64,000 nt of DNA from Planctomycetota bacterium (GTDB taxonomy: Bacteria > Planctomycetota > B15-G4 > JADJEK01). The notes below the pieces were generated by a model, which was not told where the DNA came from, made no database searches, and worked only from the letters and a program-made list of their open reading frames with translations. Shown here piece by piece: positions 60,281 through 64,000 of this stretch (position 1 is the stretch's first letter; each line of letters starts with the position of its first letter). The position numbers were made by a program, and so were the translations under genes. The stretch is from positions 352,001 to 416,000 of the forward strand of contig JBGAIQ010000001.1 of NCBI GenBank assembly GCA_044225365.1. Direction: 5' to 3'.

Positions 60281-61924
60281 GTGGCGAGCAATGTGACGTT
60301 GGACGGAAGCACGAAGGTTCTTCTCGAGCGTGGTCGGAAGAAGGGCTTCGTGACCTACGAGGAGATGAACCAGATCCTGCCGGACGAGGTCGTCTCGGGA
60401 GACAACATCGAAGCCGTCATCGCGCTCCTCGAGGAGCACGGCATCGAACTGGTCGACGACGCGGACGTGCAAGAGACGCCGGACGGTCCGAAGAAGGCTC
60501 GCAGCGAGCCGGACCGGGCCGACGGAACCGGCGCCGAGAAGATCGACGACCCGGTCCGCATGTACCTCACGCAGATGGGCGAGATCCCACTGCTGACGCG
60601 CGAGGAGGAGATCGATCTCGCGAAGCGCATCGAGACGACTCGCCGCGCGTTCCGCAAGTTCATCCTCTCCTCGGGATTCGCCTTCCGTGAGTCGATCAAG
60701 ATCCTCGACGACGTCCTGCTCGGCGAGCTCGCGTTCGACCGTACGCTGAAGGTCGCGACGTCGTCGTCGGGTTCGACCGACGCGTCGAAGTCCGAGGTCG
60801 CGGATCGCCTCCAGGTGAACATCGGCACGCTGAAGAAGCTGCTCCACGCGACGAAGACGGACTACAAGGCCGTGCTCCGCGGAAAGCTGTCGAACGAAGA
60901 GAAGGTGAATCGCATCCGACGCATCGGTTGGCGTCGTCGCCGCGCGGCGATGCTCCTCGAAGAGCTGAACATCCAGCTCAAGAAGGTGAAGCCGATGATC
61001 GAGCACCTGAAGGGCAAGTATCGCGAGATGCTCGTCGCCGAGAAGGGGCTCAAGGAGTATCGCGGCAGCAAGAATGCCGCGGAATTCCGGCGTCGTCGTC
61101 GCGCTCACGAGAAGTTCTGCATCGGTGCGCTCGAATCGCCGCGGCGACTCGGGATCCGCATCGACGCGATCAATCGCCGGTACTCGGAGTACGAGACGGC
61201 GAAGATGAAGCTGTCGTCGGGCAACCTCCGACTCGTCGTCTCGATCGCGAAGAAGTACCGCAACCGCGGTCTGTCGTTCCTCGACCTCATCCAGGAGGGC
61301 AACACCGGCCTGATGAAGGCCGTCGAGAAGTACGAGTACCGCCGCGGTTACAAGTTCTCGACGTACGCGACGTGGTGGATCCGGCAGGCGATCACGCGTT
61401 CGATCGCGGACCAGGCGCGCACCATTCGCATCCCGGTCCACATGATCGAGACGATGTCGAAGCTGCGCAACGTCACGAAGAAGCTGATCCAGATGTACGG
61501 CCGCGAGCCGTCGATCGAGGAGGTCGCGCTCGCCGCGAACATCTCGATCGAGGAAGCGAAGCGCGTGATGAAGATCAGCAAGCACCCGATCTCGCTCGAT
61601 CGACCGATCGGCGAAGGGGACGATTCGTACTTCGGTGATTTCATCGAGGACGAGTCCGCGGAGTCGCCGGTCAACGCGGCGGCGTACGTGATGCTGCGCG
61701 AGAAGATCGACTCGGTGCTCTCGTCGCTCTCGTTCCGCGAGCGCGAGATCATCAAGCTGCGCTACGGCATCGGCGACGGTTACACCTACACCCTCGAAGA
61801 AGTCGGACGCATCTTCAAGGTCACCCGCGAACGCGTTCGGCAGATCGAGGCGAAGGCCGTCCGCAAGCTGCAGCACCCCGTGCGCAGTCGACTTCTCGAG
61901 GGCTTCCTCGAGAGCTTCGAGTGA
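60281..61924 (+). CDS. rpoD: RNA polymerase primary sigma factor
   Basis: [67 protein letters not shown] and [12 protein letters not shown]; follows dnaG. Confidence 0.97.
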   Translation: MASNVTLDGSTKVLLERGRKKGFVTYEEMNQILPDEVVSGDNIEAVIALLEEHGIELVDDADVQETPDGPKKARSEPDRADGTGAEKIDDPVRMYLTQMGEIPLLTREEEIDLAKRIETTRRAFRKFILSSGFAFRESIKILDDVLLGELAFDRTLKVATSSSGSTDASKSEVADRLQVNIGTLKKLLHATKTDYKAVLRGKLSNEEKVNRIRRIGWRRRRAAMLLEELNIQLKKVKPMIEHLKGKYREMLVAEKGLKEYRGSKNAAEFRRRRRAHEKFCIGALESPRRLGIRIDAINRRYSEYETAKMKLSSGNLRLVVSIAKKYRNRGLSFLDLIQEGNTGLMKAVEKYEYRRGYKFSTYATWWIRQAITRSIADQARTIRIPVHMIETMSKLRNVTKKLIQMYGREPSIEEVALAANISIEEAKRVMKISKHPISLDRPIGEGDDSYFGDFIEDESAESPVNAAAYVMLREKIDSVLSSLSFREREIIKLRYGIGDGYTYTLEEVGRIFKVTRERVRQIEAKAVRKLQHPVRSRLLEGFLESFE

Positions 61925-62184
61925 TCGCAGTCGCGAGGACCGCGGGACACGAAGGCGCCGCTCGAGCGTGAATGCTCGGGAGGCGCCTTCGCCGTTTTCA
62001 CCTCGACCTCTGCGAGAATCCTGCGATCCTTGGCGGGACGATTTCCGATACAATCCGCGGGTCGCAGCGAGTGCGACCGCATGAACTCGCGGGGTGACCG
62101 GGACGGGTGTGATGCCCGTCGCTCCGCTTCATCGTGACTCACGAACGCGACCTGTCGGCGATGGCCGGCGAATTGGAGGCGTGG

Positions 62185-63252
62185 ATGCGTCGAATGATCG
62201 GCTCGTGTCTGCTCGTCGGTCCCGGGTGTCTCCTCGCGACGCTGAGTGCGGCTCACGCGGGCGCGGACGCGGTCGTACCCACGATCCCCGTCAAGGTCGA
62301 TCTCGTGGCGAAGACCTTCCGAACCTTCGACGTGCTGTTGCCGGCGCCGCAATTCCAGCCGGTCGGAAGCGGTTTCAACGTTCCGCACGAAGGCGGGGAT
62401 CGCTTCGACGTGAAGGTCGAGGGCGATCGGCTCCGCGTCGATCTCGACGGCGACCACGCGACCGAGTCGCTCGTCGAAGGAGAATCGGGTTTCGTCACGT
62501 TGACCGGAAAGAGCACGACAGGCCATCCGATCGCGTATTCGGTTCGCCTCGTGCATCCGCCGGGTGAAGGCTGGAACTACTCGTGCGGCAGCGCGATGGT
62601 CGGCGAGGTCGCGGGAACGCGCGTTCAGGTCTTCGATCAGAATCTCAATGGTCGGTTCGATGACGTCGGGGTCGATGCGATCGTCGTCGGCAAATCCCAG
62701 GTCGCGAGCTTCCTGTCGAAGGCTGTTTCCATCGGCAATTCGCTCTACGGGATCGAAGTGGCGAGCGACGGCTCGAGCCTCTCGTACGCACCGTTCGCGG
62801 GTGAGGCGGGCGAACTCGATCTCGTCACGCGTTTCGAGTGCAAGGCCGAACTCGCGGCGGCGGTCGTGACGAGTGCCGATGGCAGGTTCTCGTTCGATGT
62901 CGCCGCATCGAAGAGCGCCCTACGCGTTCCGGTCGGCGAATACACGATCCACTCGGGCCAACTCGCGCTGGGCGAGTCGCGAGCGTCGATGCGAACCGGA
63001 CGCGCGCATCCGATCGGAGTGCGGAAGGACGAAACCACGACCGTCGAATGGGGCGGTCCCGCGACCGCCGAGTTCGCCTGCGAGCGCAAGGGCGACACGC
63101 TCAACTTCTCGCCGTGGGACATCTGGTACTACGGACGCCTCGGGGAGGAGTACTTCAACTTCCTCCCACTTGGCAAATCCCCGGAGTTCTCGATCAAGAA
63201 CAGATTGACGAAGGAGCTGATCCTCTACGCCAAGTTCCCGGGGAATTGCTGA
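62185..63252 (+). CDS. Hypothetical exported protein
   Basis: GGAGG RBS, signal peptide ending AHA, and Dx[DN]xDG-like loops (DLDGDH, DQNLNGRFDD). Confidence 0.7.
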   Translation: MRRMIGSCLLVGPGCLLATLSAAHAGADAVVPTIPVKVDLVAKTFRTFDVLLPAPQFQPVGSGFNVPHEGGDRFDVKVEGDRLRVDLDGDHATESLVEGESGFVTLTGKSTTGHPIAYSVRLVHPPGEGWNYSCGSAMVGEVAGTRVQVFDQNLNGRFDDVGVDAIVVGKSQVASFLSKAVSIGNSLYGIEVASDGSSLSYAPFAGEAGELDLVTRFECKAELAAAVVTSADGRFSFDVAASKSALRVPVGEYTIHSGQLALGESRASMRTGRAHPIGVRKDETTTVEWGGPATAEFACERKGDTLNFSPWDIWYYGRLGEEYFNFLPLGKSPEFSIKNRLTKELILYAKFPGNC

Positions 63253-63472
63253 AGCTTCGGCTTCGTTCCGGTCGCCGTGAGCGTGCCGGCAAAGTTCGAG
63301 GTCGAGATCACGATGACCGCGGAGAACTGGGCTTTCGGGACCGTGACGGGTGCATTGCGCGAGAGCGCGCAGGCGTTGAGCGAGCGTCCCGCCGGCACCG
63401 ACAAACCCGCCGCGGGACAATGATGCGGTGTGTCGGACTCCGGTCCGCGCCGGAGTGATGGACGAACACCGA

Positions 63473-63500
63473 GCACAGGGCGCAGGGCACAGAGCACACG
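63473..63500 (+). repeat. Four imperfect tandem 7-mers
   Basis: GCACAGG GCGCAGG GCACAGA GCACACG, intergenic. Confidence 0.55.
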
Positions 63501-63634
63501 GGTGAGGTCGAAAGCGCGCGCGAATTTCGCGGCTCTTCCGCGCTTCATTTCGTTCTGACTTGCCACGGACTGCGAGCGGATCCGTACAATGGGCGCGCTG
63601 CTCCTTCGCCCAACGGGACGCTCCCATTTCCGCC

Positions 63635-64000
63635 GTGAATCCATCGATCGCTTCGAGCGCGTCGAGCCACCGCTCGCCCAGGCCGCATCGCCGCCACACC
63701 CTCGCTCTCGCGCTCTCGATCCTCGTGAGCGCCGACCTCGGTCTTGGCGAGTTCGTCCCGTGCTACGGCGTCGCGCGCGCCGAGGATGCGCCGTCGACCG
63801 CGGTCGCGCGCGTGCCCGTGCACATCGTGAACGGCCGGCTCGTGGTCGCGTGTCAGTTGTCCGCCGGGAAGCGAATCGCGGTCAATCTGTTCCTCGACTA
63901 CGACGCGAAGTGCGGGCTCATCCTGCACAATCGCGCCGCGCAAGGGATCGAGGCCGAGGCGGCCGATGGCACGCCGCACAAGATCACGATCCATCTGCCT
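63635..64000 (+). CDS. Exported protein, possibly retropepsin-fold, 3'-truncated by window edge
   Basis: Open frame from GTG 63635 to the window end (absent from the ORF track); signal-like TLALALSILV...ARA-EDAP, then VPVHIVNGRLVV...NLFLDYDA. Confidence 0.6.
   Translation, partial: MNPSIASSASSHRSPRPHRRHTLALALSILVSADLGLGEFVPCYGVARAEDAPSTAVARVPVHIVNGRLVVACQLSAGKRIAVNLFLDYDAKCGLILHNRAAQGIEAEAADGTPHKITIHLP

Overview
High-GC bacterial chromosomal window, densely coding. A Planctomycetota affiliation is inferred from protein styles (RpoD insert, membrane-anchored HTH protein, LDPxxxxAxxxLG-type secreted protein, sulfatase-like and FGE-domain proteins), not proven. It holds about 52 CDSs and two tRNAs (Val-TAC, Pro-TGG). 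Housekeeping genes: lexA, nadB, secDF, rplS, trmD, riboflavin synthase, sppA, rplM, rpsI, yebC, ppdK, rsmA, dnaG, rpoD. Also present: a small glycan-synthesis cluster, a type IV pilus/T2SS motor cluster (pilB-pilT-pilB-pilC plus sensor kinase), redox/stress genes (lipoprotein Gpx, PAS-PAS hybrid kinase, PerR/Fur-like regulator, Fpg, DCC1) and several hypothetical exported proteins. No integrase, transposase, prophage or CRISPR array was seen. The most notable unexplained signals are: (i) a structured ORF-less element at about 31953-32090 behind a sigma70-like promoter overlapped by a Fur-type palindrome and divergent from a perR/fur gene (candidate metal/peroxide-regulated sRNA); (ii) a GAAC-rich lexA promoter with a repeated GAACGTGyGAAC motif (candidate non-canonical SOS box); (iii) a translationally coupled SdpA-like/HTTM/DCC1 cassette; (iv) an extra beta-rich domain in SecDF; and (v) uncharacterised envelope genes following the pilus cluster.
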